Part shown: piece by piece, positions 11,392 to 23,303 of the stretch | Position numbering within the stretch: the first letter of the stretch is position 1 | Layout of the letters: each line of letters opens with the position of its first letter | DNA from: Laetmonice hystrix | Lineage: Eukaryota | Length of the DNA: 33,000 nt | NCBI GenBank assembly: GCA_965235115.1 | Contig: OZ249451.1 | Coordinates: forward strand, 6,231,001 to 6,264,000 | Direction of reading: 5' to 3' | Translations under genes and position numbers: made by a program | Notes under the pieces: generated by a model | What the model saw: the letters and a program-made list of their open reading frames with translations, nothing else | Databases searched by the model: none | What the model was told of the DNA's origin: nothing

Positions 11392-14300
11392 AGTGAATAG
11401 GGAACACTGTCATATGATTTATTTTGCTGGCGTATTGTTTTTTCGTAAAAGGGGTAAGCAAGAAGTGCACTCAGCTGTTTTGGATAGAGATTTAATATAA
11501 CTTGCACTCTGTGACAGATTCATACTATGTTTTAAAAGAGTATTTCTCAGAATCCGTGCAATCAATGTTATCCAGACAGTTTTCTTGTGTTTTTCCTCTT
11601 ATTTTTTTATTATGCCGGCCGGTTGGTCAATTGTCTGAGAATAGTTCATTCCGTGAGAATGTCCTCTGAGTTAAATATAACAAGCGATCCTGCGGTTTGT
11701 TGAACGTTGCCCCAAGCAGTTCCCACTGCAGATTGTACTGAATGGTCTCCAAGATTTATATCCTCTTATGAACAGACAAACTTTTATATATCTGAAAGGA
11801 GAGTGAGAGGGAGCGTCACCCGTCACTTGTACTTCCAGTTCAGACTGCCAAGTGAATGGAAGGCTAACGCGTCAAATGTACCATCTAGTGCTACTGTGTT
11901 TTTTGTTTGGGTAAGCTTCTCTCCTCACATATGTATGCTTTATGTATACAAGGGTCTTCCAGTACTGTCTGCCTGTAAATACGACAGCCAGGCAAGTTGT
12001 TTTTTGTAAAACTTGCGTGGATTTAGTGAATGATATTTTGTTTTTCCTTTTTCACACTTTGGTTTACTGCTTTATAATTTGACGATTTATCATTCTCTCG
12101 ATAGCCCGTCTCAGTCTGTAGAACTGTTCTCTACCAGAAGGGGTGTGGATTCCAAACACTCAGGCCCGCGTTCTCAAAGAGAAACTACCTTTCTCCTCAC
12201 ATAACACATTATCTACAGGCCATTGAAGCTGTAGAGTTCTTCTCCATGTTTTTACTTCACAAGTAGAGTGACTTTTTGGAGATATAACAGGCACAAGGCA
12301 AGTAGACACTCTTGCTTGGTGTGCATAGTACTCCTGTATCCCGCCCAGCCTTTGGTTACTGGAGGGGATATCCTTGTCTGCCCTGGAGGAAATACTCCAA
12401 TTGTGCAACCGAATTGAACAAAAAAAACCTTCCTGGAGCTTGGTCAAGTCTGGCCGCTCTATTGAAAGGCCATCATGCAATGAGCCAGGGGTGATAAAAA
12501 CGGTTTGGCCCGAGTGGCTTCCCGACTCAACGTATGGGATTTTACAAGCTGCTTCTTTTTAAGTCGCCCTCCGAAAGAGATTTTGTGGATTTATTACATG
12601 TTTTCCTGACTTTTGCCCCGACGAGTCCCGGCCTGACGTGGCCGTGTATAACATGGGAATTGGAGGATGAACTAGTGGGTGAACAAAAACATCTTTGACA
12701 AAACATAAGTTGCTGTTGAGATGGTAGATCTTTGAAGTGCGGATTATGGAGCGAGTGGTAATGAAACCAATTCAGTCCTGATATCCCAGAAAAAACAACA
12801 ACTTTGGTATAAATGCCGACCCCAATCCCATCCCACCCCCTGTGATTGACTCATATTAAAATTGTGTAGTGAAGATCAGACTTTAAAACGAGTGGAATAT
12901 TTATGAAGTCCAGGTTAATCATTCAGACTTAAGGCTGAAAGTGACACAAAACGTCAGTGATCGAACGCAAGTTTTGTATACAAAAGCTGTTCACGTTTTG
13001 TGATGATAAAGGTGCTACAGGAAGTGGGGTCAGCTCATCTTTGGAGATCATTTCACATACCTTTGTTCTAGTTTTTTTATTTCTATTTTTGAGAAGGCGG
13101 ATTGTTGATCGAGGGTAAAGTAAAGGGATCTTTGTAGTTAAAATTGGCCATCAATTGTTAATGCATTGTCAGAGTCAAGACCCAACCTGTGTGGCGGGCC
13201 GCGTCTTGACGGGATCGAGGCTGCCATCAGAACGAGGCTGTGCCAGAACGAGGGCAAGGCCTTGAGCCTCGTATTGTGTGGTAGTGAACGGTTAATGGTT
13301 GTTGTAAACAATACTGATGGGACGTGACTGGCCGTTGTCTGTGGCGTGTCTCTGGTACTGACAGCTCCATCCCACTCCAGCCAGATTCTCATGATGTCTG
13401 CCACATCCAGCCATCTCGGCTGGTGAGATCACAGCCGCTGCCGCTGCTGCTTCAGTTGGGCAAGGCAGTGGTTTTTAAACATCACTAGCTAATCACCCAC
13501 GACAGGAAGAAGAGTTGAGAGATAAAAACAATGGAGCAGTGTACCTAAACTGGATTGACTCTTCAGGTTTTGGGCGATCTTCGCTCAATGTTGTACAGCT
13601 TGCGGAAATGGGGTTAAGAAAGTTAAATTGAAACCACAATATGAATTTATGTGAAGAGATCAATAAAAGTATCAGTTTAGTGCTTCTGAAAGTAGACTTA
13701 CTCTAAAGGAAGAACCTGTGGGGCAAGTATTAAAGAAAAGTAGTAAGATTTTTCTTCATAAAGTTTAAAGTAGGGATCCTTCAGCATAATTATGTTCATG
13801 CGTTACGGCTATACAGATTCCGATCTTCAAAGCAGGAGTATGGAAGATAGATCCTCCTCACTGAAGTTCCTACTATTTCTATCGGGAAACCGAGGAGGGA
13901 CTGAAGTTGGTGTGGTGGAATCTTTGACTTTGAAGATCCTTCCATGTGTTGATTAGAGACCAGAAACTCGATGCTTCTTACGGGACCCGGCTGCCCACTC
14001 TCCTCCTAATTTAAAGCCTTCAAGCCATCAAAGCTTTGGTCGTCAGCTCCAAGGCTAAGGGATTATCACAATCTTCATCCGACTTTGAGACGAGAGGAAC
14101 ATCATTGTCGACGAACCTTGACACCGGGGTGTGAACTCTTACTGCTTCCTCCCACGATCGCTCCTGGATTCTAAGCTCTGAGGCCGAACATTAAAGCCGC
14201 CGGCAAAAAAAGTGAAAACGAGCTCTCTGTCGCTCCTCACACAACCTCACTGGTTACCTTTGCGCTTGTTTACATTTGTGTAATGATGCGAATTGAAAAG

Positions 14301-16609
14301 ATAATTGGGCAGGGACTAGAGAAAAGTGGTCTGGGCCGGTCGGTGTTGAGCCTGACCCTGTCTTAACTGATAGCCATCAGTAGTCTGTAGACATGGTGGT
14401 AGCCTTTGTGGACGATGCGCGTTCTAATGCCGATCGCTGAGGTGTGTGCATGGCGGCCCAGTCAGGCATGGGTGTAGGAAGGACTAGGTTACAAAGATTC
14501 GTGTATCAATGAGGCCTAGGCCGAATGGTCACTGCTTTCATGGCGTATATCTTCCGCTTCGTGATTGCACAAGACAGTTGTCTTTCACTCAGTTGAATAT
14601 TTCATGCTCCTCTTCTCCTCAGCCAATTGCCCGTGCCTTTCCTCACAAGCAACACTATTCATATCGTCCCGAATGAAATCGTACCGCATTTATGTTACGT
14701 GTGTTCCAATAAGATAAAAATCAGGAGGAAAATACACGGTGTCCCGAAAGGAAAAGGCCTCGGTCAGGACGAATTAGAGGAGGAAGATTGGCCAATTTAT
14801 TTTGTTTTTTTTTTCCATTGTGCCTTGCGAAGGGAGTTGGGGAGTTGCAGGTTGCATTTCACTATAGCCATTAAGGGTGAGAACGTCCTGCAGGTGGCGC
14901 TAGTCGATGGTGGGTAGTTTATGAGGGAAGTGTTCGTTTATCGCATGTCGACGTTCATGCTCCTGTTCTGTCGTGTCCAGTTTACTGATGTCGTTAAACA
15001 CTGGGCCCTCAAATAACTTTCTCCATGGACAAGTGCCCTGGGAGCAAGGACCTCGGGTAAGATGTTAGTGAGGACATCCGAGAAAATAACACAGACTATG
15101 ATAGAATTAACAGACCGGTAATTTCCGGAGAGGGGCGTCTTGAGAATACATGCCACACCCCATGTATCAACTTTCAGAGAAAAGTATAGAGTTGAAAGAA
15201 TTGTCTGGGCGTAGTTAGTATATTTAAAGGACTCAAGCATTTGGCTGTCCTTGTTTCTAAAATACAGTTCTGTCAGTTTCAGTACATTCGATTCGCAGTG
15301 AAAGATCGCAGGGTCCAGTAAGTATGGAAGGTCGATGTGGCCTTGCAGTATATTCCCCCTTGACCCACACAGATAGTGGTATCCAGAGTATGTAAAAGGG
15401 GTTTATGCCCTGATAGCACGCCATGGTTATTGGACCACTCCTACATGGCATGCCAGCCACTGAACCAACCATTTGCAGCTATTCTTGGGATGGTGTGTGA
15501 GAAAATCCATACATTACCACAGTCAGGAAGGTATAGTTCATTTGTGGGACATCCATCATGTTGCTGCTCTCCTTGAATGAATAGCACATGCCTTTAAACT
15601 AGAATTCATTGGCTGAGTAAATAAATAATGGCCTCATCTGTTGCCGTGGTAATTGATCATCATAGCGGGCTGGACTTTTAATATGTTTGTTTCCTGAACA
15701 TAGGGATAAGACACTGTGCATTACCTTTCTATACCCTTGTGGAATTCTCGTTTTTTTGTCTTTGCGTACTGTTTCGTGTACCAAATGTCGCAGGGGATAG
15801 ATCTAATACTTGCACGACAGACTAAAGATTTTCTTATTTTAATACGTAACGCAGAGCATGAACGTTGTCTTCTGGAAAATGTCTTATTTTACTGACATTG
15901 AATATTGAAGGCGTACCCGTATAGCCTTTTTCAGCAGAAGAAGGTGCATCTTTGAACAGACTGCAGATAATGAAATGGGGCCGGACTGAGACCTGTTCTA
16001 GAATACCTAATGTTCTTGACTAAGCGATGGTTTGAAAGAGATTGCAATGTAAAACTATGGTTTGTGCCATGCCTTCGTCAACGGCAAGGCGTTAAGTACT
16101 TAGGATTTTAATCGACCAGGATCATTCTCCATGCAGAGGGAATTCTTTGGTGGATTTCTGAATAAAACCCCTGCATGAAGATTATTGAAGCCTTTAATAT
16201 AGCACTAAGAGTTAGTGTCCATTTTGGATAAATCGTTTTACATTGTGTTTCATTGCCTACCCGATGTCGATCTCTGACAAGCCACCTCCGTTTCCTGGGG
16301 TGGGTACTGATTTGAATTCGATATGGCTTTTGCATCAATCATTCTCCCCCCCCCCATTTTTTTCTGCCACTCACTTACGTCCCCCATAACTCCTAACAAT
16401 GGATGGAATCTATCAACGGGCCGTTATGCCACTGGCAGGCCACTTATGTAGATGTGATACATTTGTATAAGTGGGATCTACCAAATGTCGTTGTTATAGT
16501 GATGCTGCTTTAGATGTGTTGGCGTGATAAGTATTGTTGGAGAGTGTAACCGGCAGCCAATAGGTGGCACTGTCACGTGCCAGACTGTTTGCATCGGGGT
16601 GTGCAGTTT

Positions 16610-16716
16610 TATTGCACCCTGTTTTACTCCCTTTGTTAACACTTGCACGCAGCGCTGATTGATCTGTCGAAGGCCTTGTCGTAGTCGCACAATTGCCGTA
16701 TCATTGCCGTGGCGCT
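16610..16716 (-). mobile_element. Possible degenerate non-LTR retrotransposon (LINE) reverse-transcriptase relic
   Basis: The minus strand reads IRQLCDYDKAFDR (DxxKAFD motif at 16666-16686) and, after a frameshift, TKGVKQGA (GVxQG motif at 16616-16630). The order is correct but the spacing is far shorter than in intact RTs. Confidence 0.35.
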
Positions 16717-19146
16717 ATGTCAGGTTAATGATACATGGTCCTTCTGTCCTAGCTCTTGTCACAGGGGTTAATGGTCGCTGAAACCGCCCGTCACACTCAG
16801 TCTAGTTAGAAATGATGTTGGATTCACTGAGCGAAATTAAAGGTATGAAAGGATGTCATTGCGGTCTCATATTGGATATCTACACATTGGTCATTATTTA
16901 GACCAGTCTCATTCATTAGCTCTTCACAATTTCGGCGCAGTATGAAAATAGGGTGTTCGTTGATGAACGCCAGCATCAGAACAGTTGTCATTCACGGTGC
17001 TCTGTTTGAAAGACTAGCGGGGGTGCGTAGGAGTGTGTGTGTGTGTTGTTGGGACTAGTTTTTACAGTGGTGTACCTGGGATTGTGTCAGCTTACAGAGA
17101 GGGCAGGGAAGTACTACGTTCAACCTGACCTGAATTTATCACAGTTTTGTGTATTCCGTTCTCATTTTTGAGACCTGTGTTTTGACTGACAAGAAGGAGA
17201 TGGTGTATTTTTTGGATTTGGGAACTAAAAATATATTGTATAGAACTTGAGATCTAAGGAAGTAGTCGTATCAAAATTATAGTGTTCTAATGACGTATGC
17301 ACAGTAAAGTAGGATCTATATGTTTAAAGTAATGTCTTTTTTTGCCCATCAATCAGGATAACTGAACTTTTCAACATTCCTCGGACTATATAAAGTGTAA
17401 TCTTCGCTGCAGGGAGAAGGAGTTCAGTATGAAATGGAACTCTGATATGCCATTGTAAGAGCCAAAGGGATGCTTCCCATCTTTTTCCTCCACGCTGAAA
17501 ATAAGCGTAATAGTTTTTATTTTTTGGCCTCTCAGTTTTATAATTATTAGGTTATTAGCAAAACGGTAAAAAAAGAGAGGTATGCATCCTTGATATATTT
17601 TTGTGGTCTGGGTATTTTGTGGTTCTGGTCGTAAGTACACTTGGTGCAGACACACCGCTCCGGGCTTGCTGTTCTCACCTGATGGACTGGGCAACCAAAT
17701 CTACACAGCCCGTACTGTCGAACCCTGATGTATAATCTACCTCGAGATTCCTTGCATTCAACATTTCCATTATGAAGTATGTCAGTAAGGAGAAGTGTTG
17801 TTGGAACCATCAACATAAACGGATACAAACTTTACTGGGAGTGTTTCCCCCGGAGCCTCTGAAGTTTCAACACTACAGTGTCTGCGCATTGGGTTACTGG
17901 CTGCATGGTAATCTAGTCAAAGTTTTGCAAAAGAAAGAAGAGGCAATTTTAGAAAACAAGATGTCAGCCAGTGTTGAGAGAATTTTGCTACATTAAACGG
18001 CAGCAACATAAATCTATTATGTTTGATCTAGAAAACACGAATCAGGCTTATCCCAATACTTTAACATTAGGCTACTGTAAGAATGGGTTTCTTTTGTCGA
18101 TTTTTATTTGGGGTGTTACAATGGACTCCCTATTAGCGGGTTGAAGGTCCTATACAAACTTATTGCAAGACGAGAGTTGACAGGTCACGCGCTGGTCCAC
18201 GTTCCATAAATCGCGGACATTTCCGACCTTGACCTCAATACCGGAAGTAACCTACCGGAACCTTTACGAGCTCCAGGAAATAGTGGCCCGTTTCTTTATA
18301 TCCGCTTCCGGTTGTGATGCCAATTCACGAGTCCTCAGGTCACTTGTTGGGAGTTTATATTAGTGGTACAGGATGATGTTATACCGCCACCCCCTAGTCT
18401 TCTCTTGCCTTTCTTACTGAATCAGAGAAAGAAGTTCTCCTTTGGAAGCTGTGAAGGTGACAGAAGCTGTGGCCGCAGCAGATTTTGGATTCTGATGGAG
18501 GAGGGTTCAGAGAGCTGAAGACTGCGGCATTCCATCTCTGGTCCTTAGCTATAGTAACCTGAGAGGCAAAACGTGCCCCTGACGTGAAGAACTAAATGGA
18601 TGATGTTGGGCAAGCATCGTCCCGCAGTGAAACAATAATTTATGGCCGATAATTTATTGGCAATTCTTCATTCTACACGGCGTGTTTCGCTGGCAAGGTC
18701 AGACATTGCACAGAACAATTACGTATGACAAGTCACATGAGATAAACCTGTCCAGGAAGGTCATGTGGCTCTAAATGCATGTTGTTAATATTTTCGATTA
18801 CTATAGGCTGATCTTAAGTAACATTCATAAACATTGTGCTGAAGTAATTGTGGAGAAAAACCATGTTACCATTATTTCTGGTTTACCTTATATTGAGCAC
18901 TGACACCCTGACATCTGGTCCACTCTATTTGATATTGGTTTCTATAATATTGTTTCCAGACCGCTTGATATTATATAGGCCTACCCACCATATGCAGCAT
19001 AATGGAAATTGGCTGAATGGCCAGTCATTGTATGCTGGCGGTCTATGTACATAATGCTGTCTTTGGTACACTAAAGATGTGACACTTTCATTGGTGAATA
19101 GGTCACTGAAAGATAATTCAAATGTTCTGAGGGATATTGAAAGGGA

Positions 19147-19147
<1 letters not shown>

Positions 19148-19177
<30 letters not shown>
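19148..19177. repeat. (AAC)10 microsatellite
   Basis: Ten perfect AAC units. Confidence 0.95.
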
Positions 19178-19179
<2 letters not shown>

Positions 19180-20471
19180 AAAGAAAGAAATCCGTTGTCG
19201 CATTGATTAAAGGGAAGGAGGCCTTAGGGCCTAAAGGATATGGGTAATTTAAAAATAATATTAAAATTACTCGGAGAAGGAAGGAACACAGCAGTATTTT
19301 ATACTCATTTAATGGTATAGATTGCTCTATGGTAGATTGCCGTCGGAAAAGACAGTTGTGGCAGACTGGTATGTGGTAATGTACAGTCGTATAAAATAAG
19401 GTCAGTTTTGATTTGATTGAATTTTAACTTATGCATGCAGAAGTCTTTTTAACTTCAACAAAAGAAAAGAAAGGAACGGAGAAGTTTAGAAAGTCTTCAC
19501 TTGGGGTGGAGCGATTGTTCTTTTTTTACGGTGGACGGGGGTCGTTGACTGTATTATTTAAGCCGGAGGTTGTTGAGGGTGCAGATGTTTGTGTATTCAG
19601 TGAGTGTCTTTCTGACACCTGTGTTTTCCGACACCAAGCGGCGGCGACGCGCAACCAACCACACTTCCAGCAAAGAAAAACAAACCACAAACACAAAAAA
19701 ATCCCCCTCAAAAAACGCGACCGAGGCGCCTTGCCGTCGGCTCTGCCGGTCAACATGAGGCCAGACACTGATGGTGACACTGCCGTGGGCACTAAGGCGG
19801 TCCCTCCAGACAACTCGGAGATATCAAAATCAGGAAAAACGACGCATACATTGTACGCGGGAAGAGAGCTTTTGGAGACTCCATAGACGTTTATAACAAA
19901 GTGAGAATTGTACACCTAGAGTGAATGCAGTCTAGGTGTGAGCCGGAAGTAGGGGCAGAGATTCGGGTCTTAGGGAGTCTGTATTACAAACACCATCCCA
20001 CTAGATCTTCAGGCGTTTCAGGTGGTGGCAGTTAAACACCTTTAACAGGATTCCTTCAGACACCACCACCCTGACCCACCTTCAGGCTTATTTTTTAAGG
20101 AACTTTTTTCAGGGATTGAAAGAGTAGACTTTGACTCCGCAGTCGCCTCACCTTCCTCTATCAGAAGGGGATGAGAGCGTTATATGATTGAAAACAGTAC
20201 AAGAGTTTACCCTGTAATTTATATTTGACATGGCCAAATAATTTTAGGCAGCCAGTATCTTAAGCTGTCACTCCCAAACGGATTTCTTAGCGTTTATGGA
20301 AGACAATATCTCAGCTGAAAGCAAAAGGTGAGAGGGAATGATCAGACCTCCGTCTCAGAAAGGCTCTAAGCAGCCAACTCTAAGCGAAGCAGGGCTACGG
20401 TGGCCCACGAGGGAATGACACAGATACTAATCTTTAACCTTCTACATTGATTTTCATGGATATTGTAACGC

Positions 20472-20528
20472 CAGTGGAAATATCACCGCGGTGAAAATAT
20501 TACCACCACGGTTAAATTATTACCACTG
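20472..20528. repeat. Short nested palindrome
   Basis: CAGTGGAAATA (20472) and TATTACCACTG (20518) match 10/11 as an inverted pair. They enclose the perfect 12-bp palindrome TCACCGCGGTGA (20483-20494). Confidence 0.55.
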
Positions 20529-21270
20529 AAAAATAAACAATGACAATTAATCTAGAAAGTTAAAAACACTAAAGGCTTATATCCCTATGGGCTACCGTAG
20601 CTCTGCTTAGCTTAAAGTTTGCTGCTCGGAGTCTTTCTGAAACCGGGGCCTGGTTTTGTCGGGGTATGGTAACGTGGTGTTACAAAGACAGCCCTATAAG
20701 TGAGGCTTGGTGCATTGAGCTGATGCTCGGTTACTGTCACTCCCCACAGACCCACCTTTCTGAAGGTGGTATGAAGGTGTCAACCCATAGTTACGGTGTC
20801 AAACCGGATCGAGGCCCAGTCAAAGACCCAGGCCATGTATCCTGTTACCGGGAGACAGACAGCAGTCGTCAATAGGACCTGTCTGTAGTCAATAGGCCAA
20901 GGCGAGCAGTGACGGATCATTTGTCCCATTTCCTTCCACTCCATTGAGTGACGCCGCCCACCAGATTGTGCCATTGCCATATCGACTTACATTTGACCTA
21001 ATTACGTGCACAGATCGAGGTTTCTAGGTTCCAAGAAGAAAAAGGGCTTGGAGGACGCCAGCAAAGAGTTTTGTAAAGAGGTGGGAGCAATTATGGAACT
21101 ATTGATTCGGTTTACTCTCATAGGTAGGTAGTAGGTGATTTTCCTGTGAGAAAGAGCATGTGGGTTCTTACAGGGATTTCATGTTCATTGTAAATCTGCT
21201 CATGAGAGTCCTGGACATGAAATTGTTAAGGAATCGAATAGTTTCACCAGAATCTTTACAGTGTACAGAT

Positions 21271-21519
21271 CAAGTGTGGTCAACGGTGTTGGCTCATGAC
21301 ACCTAGGACCATCGCCTCACACCGCTGCGGTCCTGGTTCGATCCCCGGCCAGGGCTGCATGTGTGAAAGGTTTGTCAGTCAGGTCCTTCCCGACGGTCGG
21401 TGGTTTCCTCCGGGCACTCCGGTTTCCTCCACCAAGAAAAACTGACTTTCATCATCATCTTTACCGCCGTGATATGACCCTGGCTGTTGCAAGGCGTACA
21501 ATCCCAAATACCCACCCAC
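21271..21519 (+). mobile_element. tRNA-derived SINE with V-domain-like core, near full length, 12-bp TSD
   Basis: Pol III B box GGTTCGATCC at 21335-21344 with a degenerate A-box region upstream. Central GGTTTCCTCCGGGCACTCCGGTTTCCTCC resembles the conserved V-SINE block. The 3' end is a short (CCCA)n tail. Flanked by identical CAGTGTACAGAT at 21259-21270 and 21520-21531. Confidence 0.85.
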
Positions 21520-21682
21520 CAGTGTACAGATTACAATATTTTCAGTTATAGTACCAACTTACTATTCTCAAAATATGCTGAGACCCTCGGAATCTCTTCT
21601 GTGGGGAGACAAATCTAAGAACGTGATGATTGAGATTTGAGAAAGGGCATCCATTTTATGAGAGACATCTTTTTGTAAAGGT

Positions 21683-22535
21683 TCAAGTACAAAAGACCCC
21701 CACCTCTTCAGGTACAACGGGTGTTTCCTATACACAAGGTCCACACCTTCTCAGGTACAATGGTTGTTTCCTATACACAAGGTCCCCACCTTCTCAGGTA
21801 CAACGGGTGTTTCCTATACACAAGGTCCCCACCTTCTCAGGTACAACGGGTGTTTCCTATACACAAGGTCCCCACCTTCTCAGGTACAACGGGTGTTTCC
21901 TATACACAAGGTCCCCACCTTCTCAGGTATAACGGGTGTTTCCTATACACAAGGTCCCCACCTCTTCAGGTATAACGGGTGTTTCCTATACACAAGGTCC
22001 CCACCTCTTCAGGTATAACGGGTGTTTCCTATACACAAGGTCCCCACCTCTTCAGGTATAACGGGTGTTTCCTATACACAAGGTCCCCACCTTCTCAGGT
22101 ACAATGGTTGTTTCCTATACACAAGGTCCCCACCTTCTCAGGTACAACGGGTGTTTCCTATACACAAGGTGCCCACCTTCTCAGGTACAATGGTTGTTTC
22201 CTATACACAAGGTCCCCACCTTCTCAGGTACAACGGTTGTTTCCTATACACAAGGTCCCCACCTTCTCAGGTACAATGGTTGTTTCCTATACACAAGGTG
22301 CCCACCTTCTCAGGTACAACGGGTGTTTCCTATACACAAGGTGCCCACCTTCTCAGGTACAACGGTTGTTTCCTATACACAAGGTCCACACCTTCTCAGG
22401 TACAACGGGTGTTTCCTATACACAAGGTCCCCACCTTCTCAGGTACAACGGGTGTTTCCTATACACAAGTCCCCCAGTTAAATTCTCAGGTACAACAGGT
22501 GTTTTCAATGCACAAGTCCCACACCTCATCAGACA
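21683..22535. repeat. 43-bp tandem satellite/minisatellite, ~19 units plus degenerate edges
   Basis: Consensus CAGGTACAACGGGTGTTTCCTATACACAAGGTCCCCACCTTCT. Units start at 21709 and every 43 bp to 22440. Unit 18 is 47 bp and unit 19 (from 22487) is diverged. Confidence 0.97.
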
Positions 22536-23303
22536 CAATAGGTAGGCCCCTATATGCCATACACCCAGTAAACACACTGAAGTCTTAGGAATATAGAGGG
22601 AGTTTAGTGCCTTCTTTCATTAATAAAGGTTGCAGGTAAAAATATGTTCAGATAGATGCACCGTAAATGTCACCCATTTCACTCCCTCCAGCAGCGCAAT
22701 TCCCTCGCTGTTTTTTTAAAACCATTTGTTCACCTTTCCTCGCAGTTATCCGTTCCAACTCTTCCAAGTGGAATGTCAACTAATAAACCGTCGTATACAA
22801 GTAACTCAGTGATCGGTTCAGAAGCCTAAACCTGCTCAAGGTCCCAGCAATATGCCCAGTTAATGTTGACAACCTAACTCCTCCATGACACCTCCCCGCT
22901 GGTTGGCCACAGACGAGAACAGAGCCTCGCGTTGACTCTGTATGTCACATCTATTTTCATTGGCTGTTATTGGCCTGCTCGGTGGTGTTGTTACATCGGA
23001 GGGTGTCAGCAGAGGTGAGAGGGATCGGCCCCCTGGTGTCATTTGAGGACGACCAGGCGCGAATACTGTCACCATAGAGACAGCTCCAGCCTAATTACGC
23101 CTAGTCCCTATTACAAGGGTTCTAGGTGACATTTCAGGGGTGTACTCGTACTGCCGCTGACATATAGTGCGGATATGATAAACTGCGCATGTCTGATGCC
23201 TTCGATCTGGAGCGTGTACTCCTGTCGTGTTAATATAAATGGATACAAAACCAAGCACCTTAGTAAATCTGGTTTAAAATATTCTTATTAGAAATCATTG
23301 ATG

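Noticed and set aside
4129-12310. Exact 12-mer CAAGTAGACACT at ~4129 and ~12299 as a possible TSD or LTR
   Set aside because: Tens of 12-mer coincidences are expected in 33 kb, and neither site borders a recognisable element end.
14733-14746. TA+CACGGTGTCCC, resembling a Tc1/mariner-type terminus
   Set aside because: I found no matching inverted end in the window, and the match is too short.
19431-19915. Overlapping 151-aa (+) and 129-aa (-) ORFs
   Set aside because: No recognisable domain. They run through low-complexity A-rich tracts, and ORFs of this length are expected by chance in 33 kb x 6 frames.
19912-19939. Perfect 9-bp hairpin ACACCTAGA-N10-TCTAGGTGT as a Helitron 3' end or terminator
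   Set aside because: No CTRR terminus follows at the expected distance, and there is no U-tract or gene context.
21285-21355. tRNA gene
   Set aside because: A B box is present, but no cloverleaf is evident and the sequence continues into a SINE core and tail within a TSD.
21709-22486. CRISPR array interpretation of the regular repeats (also 604-765 and 27008-27183)
   Set aside because: Units are head-to-tail with no unique spacers, there are no cas genes, and the context is eukaryotic.
21630-22588. ORFs of 84-188 aa with a 43-aa periodic sequence
   Set aside because: They arise because the 43-bp unit lacks plus-strand stops and cycles through all three frames. All overlapping ORFs are the same repeat, and TATAAC variants interrupt them.
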